Below, piece after piece: positions 20,199 through 36,384 of a stretch of 64,000 nucleotides of DNA; the stretch's first letter is position 1; each line of letters starts with the position of its first letter. The notes below the pieces were generated by a model that had not been told where the DNA came from, did not search any database, and saw only the letters and a list, made by a program, of their open reading frames with translations. The stretch comes from Betaproteobacteria bacterium (GTDB lineage Bacteria > Pseudomonadota > Gammaproteobacteria > Burkholderiales > Burkholderiaceae_C), in NCBI GenBank assembly GCA_037443665.1, contig JBBINW010000009.1, forward strand, positions 6,182 to 70,181. The letters run 5' to 3'. Both the position numbers and the translations under genes were made by a program.

Positions 20199-21578
20199 AT
20201 GAGCAGTGGCATGGAATGGCTCGAGGTCGAGTCGCTCGACCTCGAGGCCCAGGGCGTGGCCCACCGCGCCGACGGCAAGGTGGTCTTCATCGAAGGCGCC
20301 TTGCCCGGCGAGCGGGTGCAGGCGCAGGTCTCGCGCAAGAAGAACCAGTGGGAGCAGGGTCAGGTCTCGGCGATCGCGCGCGAGAGCGCGCAACGGGTGC
20401 GGCCGGACTGCCCGCATTTTGGCCTCCACGCAGGCGCCTGCGGCGGCTGCAAGATGCAGCACCTGCACCCGGCGGCGCAGGTGGCGGTCAAGCAGCGGGC
20501 GCTGGAGGACAGCCTCTGGCACCTGGCCAAGGTGCGCGCCGAGCGCCTGCTGCGTCCGATCGAGGGTCTGGCCTGGGGTTACCGCGACCGTGCCCGCCTG
20601 TCGGTGCGCTACGTTGCCCGCAGGCAGACCGTGCTGGTCGGATTCCACGAGCGAAAGTCGCGCTACGTGGCCGACATGCAGGTCTGCCCGGTGCTGCCGC
20701 CCGAAGTCAGCGGCATGCTGATGCCGCTGCGGGCGCTCGTCGGGGGCATGGACCAGCGCGACCGCCTGCCTCAGATCGAGCTCGCCGCCGCCGATGGCGT
20801 GACCGCGCTGGTGCTGCGCCATCTCGAGCCGCTGTCGGACGCCGACCGCCGGCGCATGCGCGATTTCGCCGCCGTCCATGGCGTGCAGTGGTGGCTGCAG
20901 CCCCAGGGACCGGAGACGGTCCACCTGCTGGACGCAGGCGGGCTCGGAGACCGGACACTGGCCTACCGCCTGCCGGAGTTCGGCATCACCATGCCCTTCA
21001 AGCCGACCGACTTCACGCAGGTCAACCCGCATATCAACCGGGTGCTGGTCGAGAGCGCGGTGCGCCTTCTCGACCCGCAGCCGCACGAGCGCGTGATCGA
21101 CTGGTTCTGCGGCCTTGGCAACTTCACGTTGCCGCTGGCGACGCGCGCGTACTCGGTGCTCGGCATCGAGCGCAGCCCGACGCTGGTCGAGCGCGCGCGC
21201 GACAACGCCCGGTACAACGGGCTGCACGAGAGGGCGTCGTTCGAGGCGCGAAACCTGTTCGAGATCGGTTCTGCCGATCTGCAGGCGCTGGGCCCCGCAC
21301 CGCGCTGGCTCGTGGACCCGCCGCGCGAAGGCGCGTTCGCGCTGGCCAAGGCACTGGCCGAAGTTCATGCCGTCGGTGCGGACCGCTGGCTGGCACCTCA
21401 GCGCATCGTCTATGTCAGCTGCAACCCGGCCACGCTGGCACGCGATGCCGGACTGCTCGTGCACCAAGCGGGCTATCGTTGCACGCTGGCCGGGGTCGTC
21501 AACATGTTTCCCCACACCGCGCACGTGGAGAGCATGGCGGTCTTCGAGCGGGATAGCGCGGCTGGAGCCGCGCGTTAG
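20199..21578 (+). CDS. rlmD: 23S rRNA (uracil-1939-C5)-methyltransferase
   Basis: TRAM domain, C-C-GGC-C Fe-S pattern, [31 protein letters not shown]. Confidence 0.92.
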   Translation: MSSGMEWLEVESLDLEAQGVAHRADGKVVFIEGALPGERVQAQVSRKKNQWEQGQVSAIARESAQRVRPDCPHFGLHAGACGGCKMQHLHPAAQVAVKQRALEDSLWHLAKVRAERLLRPIEGLAWGYRDRARLSVRYVARRQTVLVGFHERKSRYVADMQVCPVLPPEVSGMLMPLRALVGGMDQRDRLPQIELAAADGVTALVLRHLEPLSDADRRRMRDFAAVHGVQWWLQPQGPETVHLLDAGGLGDRTLAYRLPEFGITMPFKPTDFTQVNPHINRVLVESAVRLLDPQPHERVIDWFCGLGNFTLPLATRAYSVLGIERSPTLVERARDNARYNGLHERASFEARNLFEIGSADLQALGPAPRWLVDPPREGAFALAKALAEVHAVGADRWLAPQRIVYVSCNPATLARDAGLLVHQAGYRCTLAGVVNMFPHTAHVESMAVFERDSAAGAAR

Positions 21579-21591
21579 ACCATAGAGATTA

Positions 21592-21630
21592 GAGAGAAAA
21601 AGACAACGGGGCCCGGAGGCCCCGTTTCGG
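21592..21630 (-). terminator. Intrinsic terminator between convergent rlmD and yccA-like gene
   Basis: 9-bp stem AACGGGGCC/GGCCCCGTT (21605-21626); U-tract on the minus strand. Confidence 0.8.
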
Positions 21631-21648
21631 TCTTCGATGGTCGCGGTT

Positions 21649-22344
21649 TCAGCTGCGGTCGCCGCCGAAGATGCCCAGCAGCGCGAGCAGGTTGACGAAC
21701 ACGTTGTACAGGCTCAGGTAGACGCCCAGCGTAGCGGTGATGTAGTTGGTCTCCTCGCCGTTCTGCACGCGCTTGAGGTCGTGCAGGATGAAGGCCGAGA
21801 AGATGCCGATGGCGATCACGCTCAGCGTGATCATCAGCGCGCTGCTCTGGATGAAGAAGTTGGCGATGCTCGCCACGATGAGCAGGATCAGGCCGATAAA
21901 CAGGAATTTGCCCATCGAGCTGAGGTCGCGCTTGATCACGCTGGTTAGCGAGGCCATGCCGAAGAAGATCGCGCCGGTGCCGGCGAAGGCCATCATGATC
22001 AGGCTGCCGCCGTTCTTGAAGCCCAGCACAACGCCGACCATGCGGGCCAGCATCAGCCCCATGAAGAACGTGAAGCCGAGCAGGACGGGTACGCCGGCGG
22101 CCGAGTTCTTGGTCTTCTCGACCGCGAACATCAGGCCATAGGCGCCAACCATGAAGACGATCAGGCTGACCCCGGGCGTCATCAGGTGGGCCAGGCCGGT
22201 CGCCACCCCGATCCACGCGCCCAGCACGGTGGGCACCATCGATAGCGCGAGCAGCCAATAGGTGTTGCGCAAGACGCGATTGCGCTGCGCCGCCAAGGCG
22301 CCACCAGCGGCCAGGCCAGGGTAGCTTTGCACGCTTTCGTTCAT
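21649..22344 (-). CDS. Bax inhibitor-1/YccA family membrane protein
   Basis: AGGAGG RBS; VLRNTYWLL, 7 TM, GEETNYITAT, YLSLYNVF. Confidence 0.9.
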   Translation of the reverse strand: MNESVQSYPGLAAGGALAAQRNRVLRNTYWLLALSMVPTVLGAWIGVATGLAHLMTPGVSLIVFMVGAYGLMFAVEKTKNSAAGVPVLLGFTFFMGLMLARMVGVVLGFKNGGSLIMMAFAGTGAIFFGMASLTSVIKRDLSSMGKFLFIGLILLIVASIANFFIQSSALMITLSVIAIGIFSAFILHDLKRVQNGEETNYITATLGVYLSLYNVFVNLLALLGIFGGDRS

Positions 22345-22466
22345 GAAACCTCCTACGGATTGGGTCATGCTCTGTTTGGAGCCCTGCTGCGCATTGTAGG
22401 TTCCATTGGGTCGGCGTGCTCGTGCGGCACCACCGGCTGCGGGCAAGGCAGAGTATCGTCGAGGCC

Positions 22467-22871
22467 ATGAAGACCAAGCCCCTCCTGACGCTGCATGAGA
22501 TCCGGGCGATCGCCGCCGCCGCCGAGATCGAAGCCCTGGCCCATGGCTGGGCGGTGACGATTGCGATCGCCGACGACGGCGGCCACCTGCTGTGGCTGCA
22601 ACGCCTGGACGGCGCGGCGCCGATCTCGGCCGAGATCGCGCCGGCCAAGGCGCGCACCGCGGCGCTGGGCCGGCGCGAGAGCAAGGCTTACGAGGACATG
22701 ATCAACCAGGGTCGCACCGCGTTCCTGAGCGTGCCCCTGCAAGGCATGCTCGAAGGCGGCGTGCCGATCGTCGTCGAAGGCCAGTGCGTCGGCGCGGTGG
22801 GTGTCAGCGGCGTCAAGTCGAACGAGGACGTGCAGGTCGCCCGCGCCGGGATCGCGGCCCTCGGGTTGTGA
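22467..22871 (+). CDS. GlcG/HbpS family heme-binding protein
   Basis: IADDGGHL, RLDGA, AKARTA, GGVPI...GAVGVSG. Confidence 0.88.
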   Translation: MKTKPLLTLHEIRAIAAAAEIEALAHGWAVTIAIADDGGHLLWLQRLDGAAPISAEIAPAKARTAALGRRESKAYEDMINQGRTAFLSVPLQGMLEGGVPIVVEGQCVGAVGVSGVKSNEDVQVARAGIAALGL

Positions 22872-23027
22872 CCCTGGGCCGGTCTGGCCGCCGCGGCCGG
22901 CTAGAATCCGGTGGTTTGCCCGCCAACTGTCGCCCCTAGCGAAACTCCGTCGTCGGTCTCCCCTCGGATCCACCTGCCGCCTTAGGGCCCACGGTGGCGC
23001 TGGGCGCGCGAACCCCGGAGTCATTTC

Positions 23028-27456
<4,429 letters not shown>

Positions 27457-27617
27457 GCCGGTCCGAGGCGCGCACTGCGCCGGCGGTCCGGACGCATGGT
27501 GCGCACCGGCGCGATGTCGGGGCTAAAATCCGCGTCAGCGTTCCGCCGCAGGTTGCCCGTGCAGGGTCCTGCGGCGGCTTCACTTTGAACCCGCCTTTCC
27601 ATCCAGAGTCTCCTGCC

Positions 27618-28094
27618 ATGGCCACCATTCCCCTGACCCGGCGCGGTGCCGAATTGCTGAAGAGCGAGCTCCAGCGGCTCAAGTCGGTGGAGCGCCATGC
27701 CGTCATCCAGGCGATCGCCGAAGCCCGCGCGCAGGGCGACCTGTCGGAGAACGCCGAGTACGAGGCCGCCAAGGACAAGCAGGGCTTCATCGAGGGACGC
27801 ATCAAGGAGCTCGAGTCCAAGCTGGCCGCGGCGCAGGTCATCGACCCGTCAGCGCTGGACGCCGGCGGCAAGGTGGTCTTCGGCTCCACCGTCGACCTCG
27901 AGGACGGCGACGGCGGGGTGAAGGCCACCTACCAGATCGTCGGCGACGACGAGGCTGACCTCAAGCTCGGCCTGATCTCGATCAGCAGCCCGATCGCGCG
28001 TGCGCTGATCGGCAAGGAGCCAGGCGACGTGGCGGAAGTCCAGGCCCCCGGCGGCGTGCGGCGCTGGGAGATCGTCGACGTGCGCTACGTTTGA
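27618..28094 (+). CDS. greA: Transcription elongation factor GreA
   Basis: [23 protein letters not shown]. Confidence 0.96.
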   Translation: MATIPLTRRGAELLKSELQRLKSVERHAVIQAIAEARAQGDLSENAEYEAAKDKQGFIEGRIKELESKLAAAQVIDPSALDAGGKVVFGSTVDLEDGDGGVKATYQIVGDDEADLKLGLISISSPIARALIGKEPGDVAEVQAPGGVRRWEIVDVRYV

Positions 28095-28561
28095 CGGTGA
28101 CCCGGGTGGAGAGGGTGCGCCGGCTGCTCCCGGCGCTCTGGGCCGGCTGGCAGCTGTGCGTGGCGCTGCTGGCCACGCCAGCCACATTCGCGGTACTCGC
28201 CCGCCCCGACGCGGGCCGCGTCGCCGGCCGTATGCTGGCGCAGGAAGCCCACACGAGTCTGGCGCTCGGCATCCTGGTGCTGATCCTGGAGCGCGTCGCC
28301 GCGCGTCGGTCCGCGGCGCAAGGGCGGGGCAGCCAGTTCAGCATCGGCATGGCACTGGCGCTCGGCACCTTGTTCTGCACGATTTGCGGCTATTTCGTGG
28401 TCGAGCCGATGATGGTGGCGGCAAGACTGGGCCAGGCCCCCTTGAGCTTCGGCCAGCTCCACGCCATCAGCGCGGGCTTCTTCATCGTCAAGCTCGGCCT
28501 CATCCTGGCGCTGGCCTGGCGCGCGAGCGCCACCGCTACTGTGCCTGCGACTTCTTCTTGA
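28091..28561 (+). CDS. DUF4149-like membrane protein
   Basis: Four hydrophobic helices and FGQLHAIS; usual position after greA. Confidence 0.75.
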   Translation: MTVTRVERVRRLLPALWAGWQLCVALLATPATFAVLARPDAGRVAGRMLAQEAHTSLALGILVLILERVAARRSAAQGRGSQFSIGMALALGTLFCTICGYFVVEPMMVAARLGQAPLSFGQLHAISAGFFIVKLGLILALAWRASATATVPATSS

Positions 28562-29012
28562 CGCTGAGCAGCCGCCGCTTGACGCGCTTGATCTGCCCGC
28601 CGGGCGTCACCCGCTCGTTGCCGAAGACCTTGACCTTCTTGACCGTGGCGCGGTGGTTGCCGCTCTTGGAGAAGCTCACGATCTTGACCACGCGCGGGCC
28701 CGGCTGTCGGTCTTCGCGCTCGGCCTTCTCCTTCGGCGGGATTGGCCGCCACAGCACCAGCAGCTTTCCGATGTGCTGGATCGGTGCCGCGCCCAGCGCG
28801 TCGGTCAGGGTGGCGAACATGGCCTCGCGTGCGCTGCGGTCGTCGGAGAAGACGCGGACCTTGATCAGGCCGTGGGCCTTGAGCGCGGCGTCGATCTCCT
28901 TCTCGACCGCGGGCGTGAGCCCGTCGTCGCCGATCATCACCACCGGGTCCAGGTGATGGGCCTCGGAGCGGTGCTCCTTGCGCTGGGCAGGGGAAAGCTG
29001 GATCGCGGTCAT
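28536..29012 (-). CDS. yhbY: YhbY/CRM-domain RNA-binding protein with basic C-terminal tail
   Basis: AHHLDPVVMIG, HGLIKVRV, IGKLLVLWR; divergent from rlmE. Confidence 0.88.
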   Translation of the reverse strand: MTAIQLSPAQRKEHRSEAHHLDPVVMIGDDGLTPAVEKEIDAALKAHGLIKVRVFSDDRSAREAMFATLTDALGAAPIQHIGKLLVLWRPIPPKEKAEREDRQPGPRVVKIVSFSKSGNHRATVKKVKVFGNERVTPGGQIKRVKRRLLSVKKKSQAQ

Positions 29013-29032
29013 GACCGTATTATCGACTGCGC

Positions 29033-29692
29033 ATGAAGATCACGAGCAAGAGCAAGAAGATCAACAAGGCATGGCTCAACGACCATGTCAACGACCCTTA
29101 CGTGAAGATGGCGCAGAGGGACGACTACCGCGCCCGCGCCGCCTACAAGCTCAAGGAGATCGACGAGACGCTCAAGCTGCTGCGACCGGGCCAGGTCGTG
29201 GTCGACCTCGGCGCCGCCCCAGGCGCCTGGAGCCAGTACCTCCGGCGCAAGTTCGCGCCGGCCGGTGCGGCGGTCGGTGCTCTGAACGGCACGATCATTG
29301 CCCTCGACGTGCTGGACTTCGAGCCGATCGAGGGCGTCACCTTCCTGCAGGGCGACTTCCGCGAGGAAAGCGTCGCCCAGGCGCTGGCCGCGGCGCTGGC
29401 CGGACGGCCGGTGGACGTGGTGGTCTCGGACCTAGCGCCCAACCTGTCGGGCATCGAGTCGTCGGACGCCGCCCGCGTGGCGCACCTGGTCGAGCTGGCG
29501 GTCGAATTCGCCCAGGCCCACCTCCGGCCCGAGGGCGCGCTGGTCTGCAAGACCTTCCATGGCAGCGGCTACAGCCAGCTCGTCAAACTGTTCAAGGAAA
29601 GCTTCCGGGTCGTCAAGCCGATCAAGCCCAGGGCCTCGCGCGACAAGTCGGCAGAGACCTTTCTCGTCGGCCTGGGACTCAAGGCTCGCTAA
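29033..29692 (+). CDS. rlmE: 23S rRNA Um2552 methyltransferase
   Basis: [31 protein letters not shown]. Confidence 0.95.
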   Translation: MKITSKSKKINKAWLNDHVNDPYVKMAQRDDYRARAAYKLKEIDETLKLLRPGQVVVDLGAAPGAWSQYLRRKFAPAGAAVGALNGTIIALDVLDFEPIEGVTFLQGDFREESVAQALAAALAGRPVDVVVSDLAPNLSGIESSDAARVAHLVELAVEFAQAHLRPEGALVCKTFHGSGYSQLVKLFKESFRVVKPIKPRASRDKSAETFLVGLGLKAR

Positions 29693-29887
29693 GGTGGCGG
29701 TAGTCGGCTTCGAATCCGCGCGGCTTTGTCCAGAACCCGTGCAGCGCGACACGGTCACTCGCACTTCGCACCCACCGCCAACGAGCCCGGGCAAACCCTT
29801 GACTGAACTAGAATTGGCCTCACATGCCGTGGAATCCGGTGCGGCGCCTTCGCCGCACCGTGCCGCTGAACTGGAAAAGGAGCCGCG

Positions 29888-31798
<1,911 letters not shown>

Positions 31799-31827
31799 TG
31801 ACGGGCGGCATGCAGGTTGCCATCTCG

Positions 31828-31852
31828 ACGGGGCTGCGGCCCCGTTTTGTTT
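31828..31852 (+). terminator. Intrinsic terminator after ftsH
   Basis: ACGGGGC-TGCG-GCCCCGT followed by TTTGTTT. Confidence 0.8.
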
Positions 31853-31868
31853 GAGCGCACGCAGGGCG

Positions 31869-32711
31869 ATGCACTGGCAGACCAGCCGCTTTCGCATCGA
31901 CCTGGCGAGGCCCCTGGTGATGGGCATCGTCAACGTGACGCCCGATTCGTTCTCCGATGGCGGCCGCTTCGCAGCCGTCCGTGCTGCGTTGGCGCATTGC
32001 GAGCGGCTGATCGAAGAAGGCGCCGACATCCTGGACATCGGCGGCGAGTCGACGCGCCCCGGCGCTGCCGCTCCCGGGGTGGCGGAAGAGCTGGCGCGTG
32101 TCGTGCCGGTGCTGCTCGAGGCGGTCAGGCTGGGCGTTCCGATATCGGTCGATACCAGCGAGCCGACGGTGATCCAGGAGGCGCTGGCCCTGGGCGCGGA
32201 CATCGTCAACGACGTGCGGGTGCTGCGCCGGCCGGGCGCGCTGGACGCCGTGGCCGCGCAGCCGCAGGCTGGCGTGTGCCTGATGCACAGCCGGGGCGAG
32301 CCCGGCACGATGCAGTCGCAGGCGAGCTACGACGACGTGGTGCGCGAGGTGGCCGATTTCCTTCGCCAGCGCGCGCTCGCGGTGGAAGCTGCCGGCATCG
32401 CCCACGAGCGCATCGTGATCGACCCGGGCATCGGCTTCGCGAAGACGGCCAATCACAACCTGGCGCTGCTGGCCAGGCAGAGCGAACTCGCGGCGTTGGG
32501 CTGGCCGCTGCTGGTGGGCTGGTCGCGCAAGGGCACCCTCGGCCGCATCACGGGGCGCGAGGTCGGGCAGCGCAAGGCCGCCAGCGTGGCCGCGGCCCTG
32601 GCCGCCGTGGACCGTGGCGCGTCCATCGTGCGTGTGCACGACGTGGCGGCCACGGTCGATGCGCTCAAGGTCTGGCAGGCCGCCGCGCGTGGCTGCATCG
32701 ATGCCGGGTGA
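31869..32711 (+). CDS. folP: Dihydropteroate synthase
   Basis: [33 protein letters not shown]. Confidence 0.95.
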   Translation: MHWQTSRFRIDLARPLVMGIVNVTPDSFSDGGRFAAVRAALAHCERLIEEGADILDIGGESTRPGAAAPGVAEELARVVPVLLEAVRLGVPISVDTSEPTVIQEALALGADIVNDVRVLRRPGALDAVAAQPQAGVCLMHSRGEPGTMQSQASYDDVVREVADFLRQRALAVEAAGIAHERIVIDPGIGFAKTANHNLALLARQSELAALGWPLLVGWSRKGTLGRITGREVGQRKAASVAAALAAVDRGASIVRVHDVAATVDALKVWQAAARGCIDAG

Positions 32712-32802
32712 TCCGGGACGAATGCGCAGTGTGGTGGGATTGCGCGACGCGCCACGACACGGATCGGACGGCACAACAACGAAAATCAGGCGAGGGAAGA
32801 CG

Positions 32803-34137
32803 ATGATGAGCAGAACCTTCTTCGGCACCGACGGGATTCGCGGCACGGTCGGCCAGCCGCCGATCACGCCCGACTTCATGCTCCGCCTGGGCCACGCCGT
32901 GGGCCAAGTCCTGCGCCGCGGCACGCCGCGCCCGGCGGTGCTGATCGGCAAGGACACGCGGATCTCGGGGTACATGCTTGAATCGTCGCTGGAGGCCGGC
33001 TTCGCCTCGGCCGGTGTCGATGTGCTGCTCAGCGGCCCGCTGCCGACGCCCGGCGTTGCCTACCTCACCCGCGCACTGCGACTGGACCTGGGCGTGGTCA
33101 TCAGCGCTTCGCACAACGCGTTCGCCGACAACGGCGTCAAGTTCTTCTCCGCCCGCGGCGAGAAGCTGCCCGACGAATGGGAGATGCAGGTCGAGGAAGC
33201 ATTGCAGCAGGCGCCGGAGTGGGTCGATTCGGCGGGGCTGGGCAAGGCCCGCCGCCTGGAGGACGCCGGCGGCCGCTACATCGAGTTCTGCAAGAGCACG
33301 GTGCCGCACAGCCTGTCGCTGCGCGGCATGAAGATCGTCGTCGATGCCGCGCACGGTGCCGCATATCACGTCGCTCCCGACGTGTTCCACGAACTGGGCG
33401 CCTCGGTCCACAAGATCGGCTGCCAGCCCGACGGCCTGAACATCAACGCCGGTGTCGGCGCGACGGCGCCGCAGGCCCTGGTCAGGGCCGTGGCCGAGCA
33501 GGGTGCGGACTACGGCATCGCCCTCGACGGCGACGCCGACCGGCTGCAGATGGTCGATGCGCAGGGGCGCCTGTTCAACGGCGACGAACTGCTCTACGTG
33601 ATGGCCGCCGACCGCCTGGCCCAGAGCCGGCCGCTGCCGGGCGTGGTCGGCACGCTGATGACGAACATCGGCGTCGAACAGGCGCTGGCCCGCCTGGGCG
33701 TCGCCCTGGTGCGCGCGAAGGTCGGCGACCGCTACGTGCTCGAGGAGCTGACGGCGCGCGGCTGGGCGCTGGGCGGCGAAGGCTCCGGCCACCTGCTGGC
33801 GCTGGACCGCCACACCACCGGCGACGGCATCGTCAGCGCGCTGCAGATCCTGCAGGCGGTGCGCCGCAGCGGCGGCACCTTGGCCGGCCTGCTCGAAGGC
33901 GTGACGCTGTACCCGCAGACGCTGATCAACGTCCGGCTGCGCAAGGGCGGCGACTGGACGCGCAATGCCCTGCTGGCCGATGCGCGTGCGACGGCCGAGC
34001 GCGAGCTGGCCGACCAGGGCCGCGTGCTGATCCGGGCGTCGGGGACCGAGCCCGTGCTTCGCGTGATGGTCGAATCGCGCGAGGCCGCCTTGGGGCGGCG
34101 GATCGCCGAGCGCTTGGCTGCTGCGGCCGTCGCGTGA
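32803..34137 (+). CDS. glmM: Phosphoglucosamine mutase
   Basis: [26 protein letters not shown]. Confidence 0.96.
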   Translation: MMSRTFFGTDGIRGTVGQPPITPDFMLRLGHAVGQVLRRGTPRPAVLIGKDTRISGYMLESSLEAGFASAGVDVLLSGPLPTPGVAYLTRALRLDLGVVISASHNAFADNGVKFFSARGEKLPDEWEMQVEEALQQAPEWVDSAGLGKARRLEDAGGRYIEFCKSTVPHSLSLRGMKIVVDAAHGAAYHVAPDVFHELGASVHKIGCQPDGLNINAGVGATAPQALVRAVAEQGADYGIALDGDADRLQMVDAQGRLFNGDELLYVMAADRLAQSRPLPGVVGTLMTNIGVEQALARLGVALVRAKVGDRYVLEELTARGWALGGEGSGHLLALDRHTTGDGIVSALQILQAVRRSGGTLAGLLEGVTLYPQTLINVRLRKGGDWTRNALLADARATAERELADQGRVLIRASGTEPVLRVMVESREAALGRRIAERLAAAAVA

Positions 34138-34256
34138 AGCCACGTCCGGCCGGCGGGTTCACGCCGCGCGCGCGGCCGTTGCCTGCGGGTGCTGCAGCGG
34201 CAGTGCGCGGGCTACAGTAACGAAGCGTCCGCCACGGCGCCGATGGAGATCTCCCG

Positions 34257-34964
34257 ATGAGCGACAAGCACCTCTCCGCACAGTTCGACGCCGAGCTCAG
34301 CGGCATCTCGACCCGCGTGCTCGAAATGGGCGGCCTCGTCGAGTCGCAGGTCGCGCAGGCGGTGCACGCGCTGACGCAGCTCGACCAGGCCCTCGCGCAG
34401 CGGGTGCTCGACCAGGAGGAGCGCGTCAACCAGATGGAAGTCGAGATCGACCGCGACCTCTCGGCCATCATCGCACTGCGACAACCCACGGCACGCGACC
34501 TGCGGCTGCTGATTGCGATCAGCAAGGCGATCGCCAACCTCGAACGCGTCGGCGACGAGGCCGCGCGCATCGCGCGCACGGTGCAGCGGCTGATCGGCGC
34601 CGGCGTGTCCACGCGCCTGCGACTCCCGCTGGGCGATCTCGGGTTCGAGGCCGACCTCGCCACCGCCCAGTTGCGCAAGGCGCTCGATGCCTTCGCGCGA
34701 CTGGACACGGCGCGTGCGCTGGAGGTGCTCAAGCAGGACGACCAGATCGACCAGGAGTTCGACGGCCTGCTGCGCAAGCTGATCACCTACATGATGGAAG
34801 ACCCGCGCACCATCTCGTCGAGCATCGACCTCGTGTTCGTCGCCAAGGCCATCGAGCGCGTTGGTGACCACGCCAAGAACCTGGCCGAGGCCATCATCTA
34901 CGTCGTCAAGGGAACCGACGTGCGCCACGCGACGGTGGCCGAAGTCGAGAACGCGATCCGTTGA
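34257..34964 (+). CDS. phoU: Phosphate signalling protein PhoU
   Basis: LRQPTARDLR, LERVGD, IERVGDHAKN. Confidence 0.93.
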   Translation: MSDKHLSAQFDAELSGISTRVLEMGGLVESQVAQAVHALTQLDQALAQRVLDQEERVNQMEVEIDRDLSAIIALRQPTARDLRLLIAISKAIANLERVGDEAARIARTVQRLIGAGVSTRLRLPLGDLGFEADLATAQLRKALDAFARLDTARALEVLKQDDQIDQEFDGLLRKLITYMMEDPRTISSSIDLVFVAKAIERVGDHAKNLAEAIIYVVKGTDVRHATVAEVENAIR

Positions 34965-34992
34965 GCGGGCACGTCGCGGCGGCACACAGATC

Positions 34993-36384
34993 ATGGGCTG
35001 GGGACTGACCCGAACCCTCGCGGCGCTGCTGACGGTGGTCGGCGGCGCCATGCTCGGCGCGTTGCTCGGCCGGCTGGTGGAGCAACCCGTGGCCGCGATG
35101 TTCCTGGGCGGTGTGGTCGCCGTGGCAGGGCTGGTGCTGCGCGATTCCTGGCACGGCCAGGGCCTGATGGACTGGCTGCGCGGGCCGCTGACCGGTCCGG
35201 TCCCGCCCGACACCGGCTTCTGGGGCGAGCTGGGCTACCGGATCGAGAAGGCGCTGCGCAGCCGCGAGGCCGACATCCACCGTGAACAGGAAAGGTTGGC
35301 GCAGTTCCTGTCGGCGATCGAGGCCTCGCCCAACGGCGTCATGCTGCTCGACGGCGCCGACCAGATCGACTGGTGCAACGCGGTGGCTGCCGAGCATTTC
35401 GGCCTCGATCCGGTGCGTGATCGCCGCCAGCGCGTGACCAACCTGGTCCGCATGCCGGCGTTCGTGAACCACCTGCAGGGCGGAAACTACGGCGACGGCG
35501 TCAGCTTCAGCGGCCCCCTCGGGCGCACCACGTTGTCGGTGCTGGTGCGGCGCTACGGCGACGGCCAGAAGCTGGTGTTGTCGCAGGACATCACCGAACG
35601 CGAGCGCGCCGACGCCATGCGTCGCGACTTCGTCGCCAACGTCTCGCACGAGATCCGCACCCCGCTGACCGTGCTCGCCGGCTTCGTCCAGACGCTGGCG
35701 CAACTGCCGCTCTCGGAGGCCGAGCGCCGGCGGGTGCTGGCCCTGATGCAACAGCAGGCCGACCGCATGCAGGCCCTCGTTGGCGATCTGCTGACGCTGG
35801 TCCGTATCGAGGGCAGCCCGCGTCCGGCCGTCGACCGCTGGGTGTCGGTGGCCGAGGTGATCGAGCAGGCCCGGCTCGATGCGGTCACGCTGTCGGCAGG
35901 GCGCCACACGATCGAGGCCACCGGCGGGGAGGACGCTGAGGTCGCGGGCAGCCAGAGCGAGCTGCACAGTGGCGTCGCCAACCTGCTCAACAATGCCGTG
36001 CGCTACACGCCCGACGGCGGCCGGGTGCAGATACGCTGGCAATGGCGCGCCGACGGCAGTGGCGAGCTCGCCGTCAGCGACACCGGCATCGGCATCGCCC
36101 GCGAGCACCTGCCGCGCTTGACCGAGCGCTTCTACCGCGTCGACGGCAGCCGCTCGCGCGACACCGGCGGCACGGGACTGGGCCTGTCGATCGTCAAGCA
36201 CGTCGTGCAACGCCATGGCGGCGAGATCGACATCCAGAGCGAACCCGGCAAGGGTTCGTGCTTCAGGCTCGCGTTCCCGGCGTTCCGCCTGCGCGTCAGG
36301 GCGGCAGTTCGGACGCCACCGCCGGTCGGCGCGCCCGCAATGGGCCCGCTCAGCGTCCCGACGAGCGCCGAAAGACCTGGGTGA
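34993..36384 (+). CDS. phoR: Phosphate regulon sensor histidine kinase PhoR
   Basis: N-terminal TMs, PAS, FVANVSHEIRTPL, NAVRYT, RFYRVD, GGTGLGLSIVKH. Confidence 0.92.
   Translation: MGWGLTRTLAALLTVVGGAMLGALLGRLVEQPVAAMFLGGVVAVAGLVLRDSWHGQGLMDWLRGPLTGPVPPDTGFWGELGYRIEKALRSREADIHREQERLAQFLSAIEASPNGVMLLDGADQIDWCNAVAAEHFGLDPVRDRRQRVTNLVRMPAFVNHLQGGNYGDGVSFSGPLGRTTLSVLVRRYGDGQKLVLSQDITERERADAMRRDFVANVSHEIRTPLTVLAGFVQTLAQLPLSEAERRRVLALMQQQADRMQALVGDLLTLVRIEGSPRPAVDRWVSVAEVIEQARLDAVTLSAGRHTIEATGGEDAEVAGSQSELHSGVANLLNNAVRYTPDGGRVQIRWQWRADGSGELAVSDTGIGIAREHLPRLTERFYRVDGSRSRDTGGTGLGLSIVKHVVQRHGGEIDIQSEPGKGSCFRLAFPAFRLRVRAAVRTPPPVGAPAMGPLSVPTSAERPG

Noticed and set aside
34138-34256. Pho box upstream of phoU
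   Set aside because: No CTGTCAT-like direct repeats with 11-bp spacing visible
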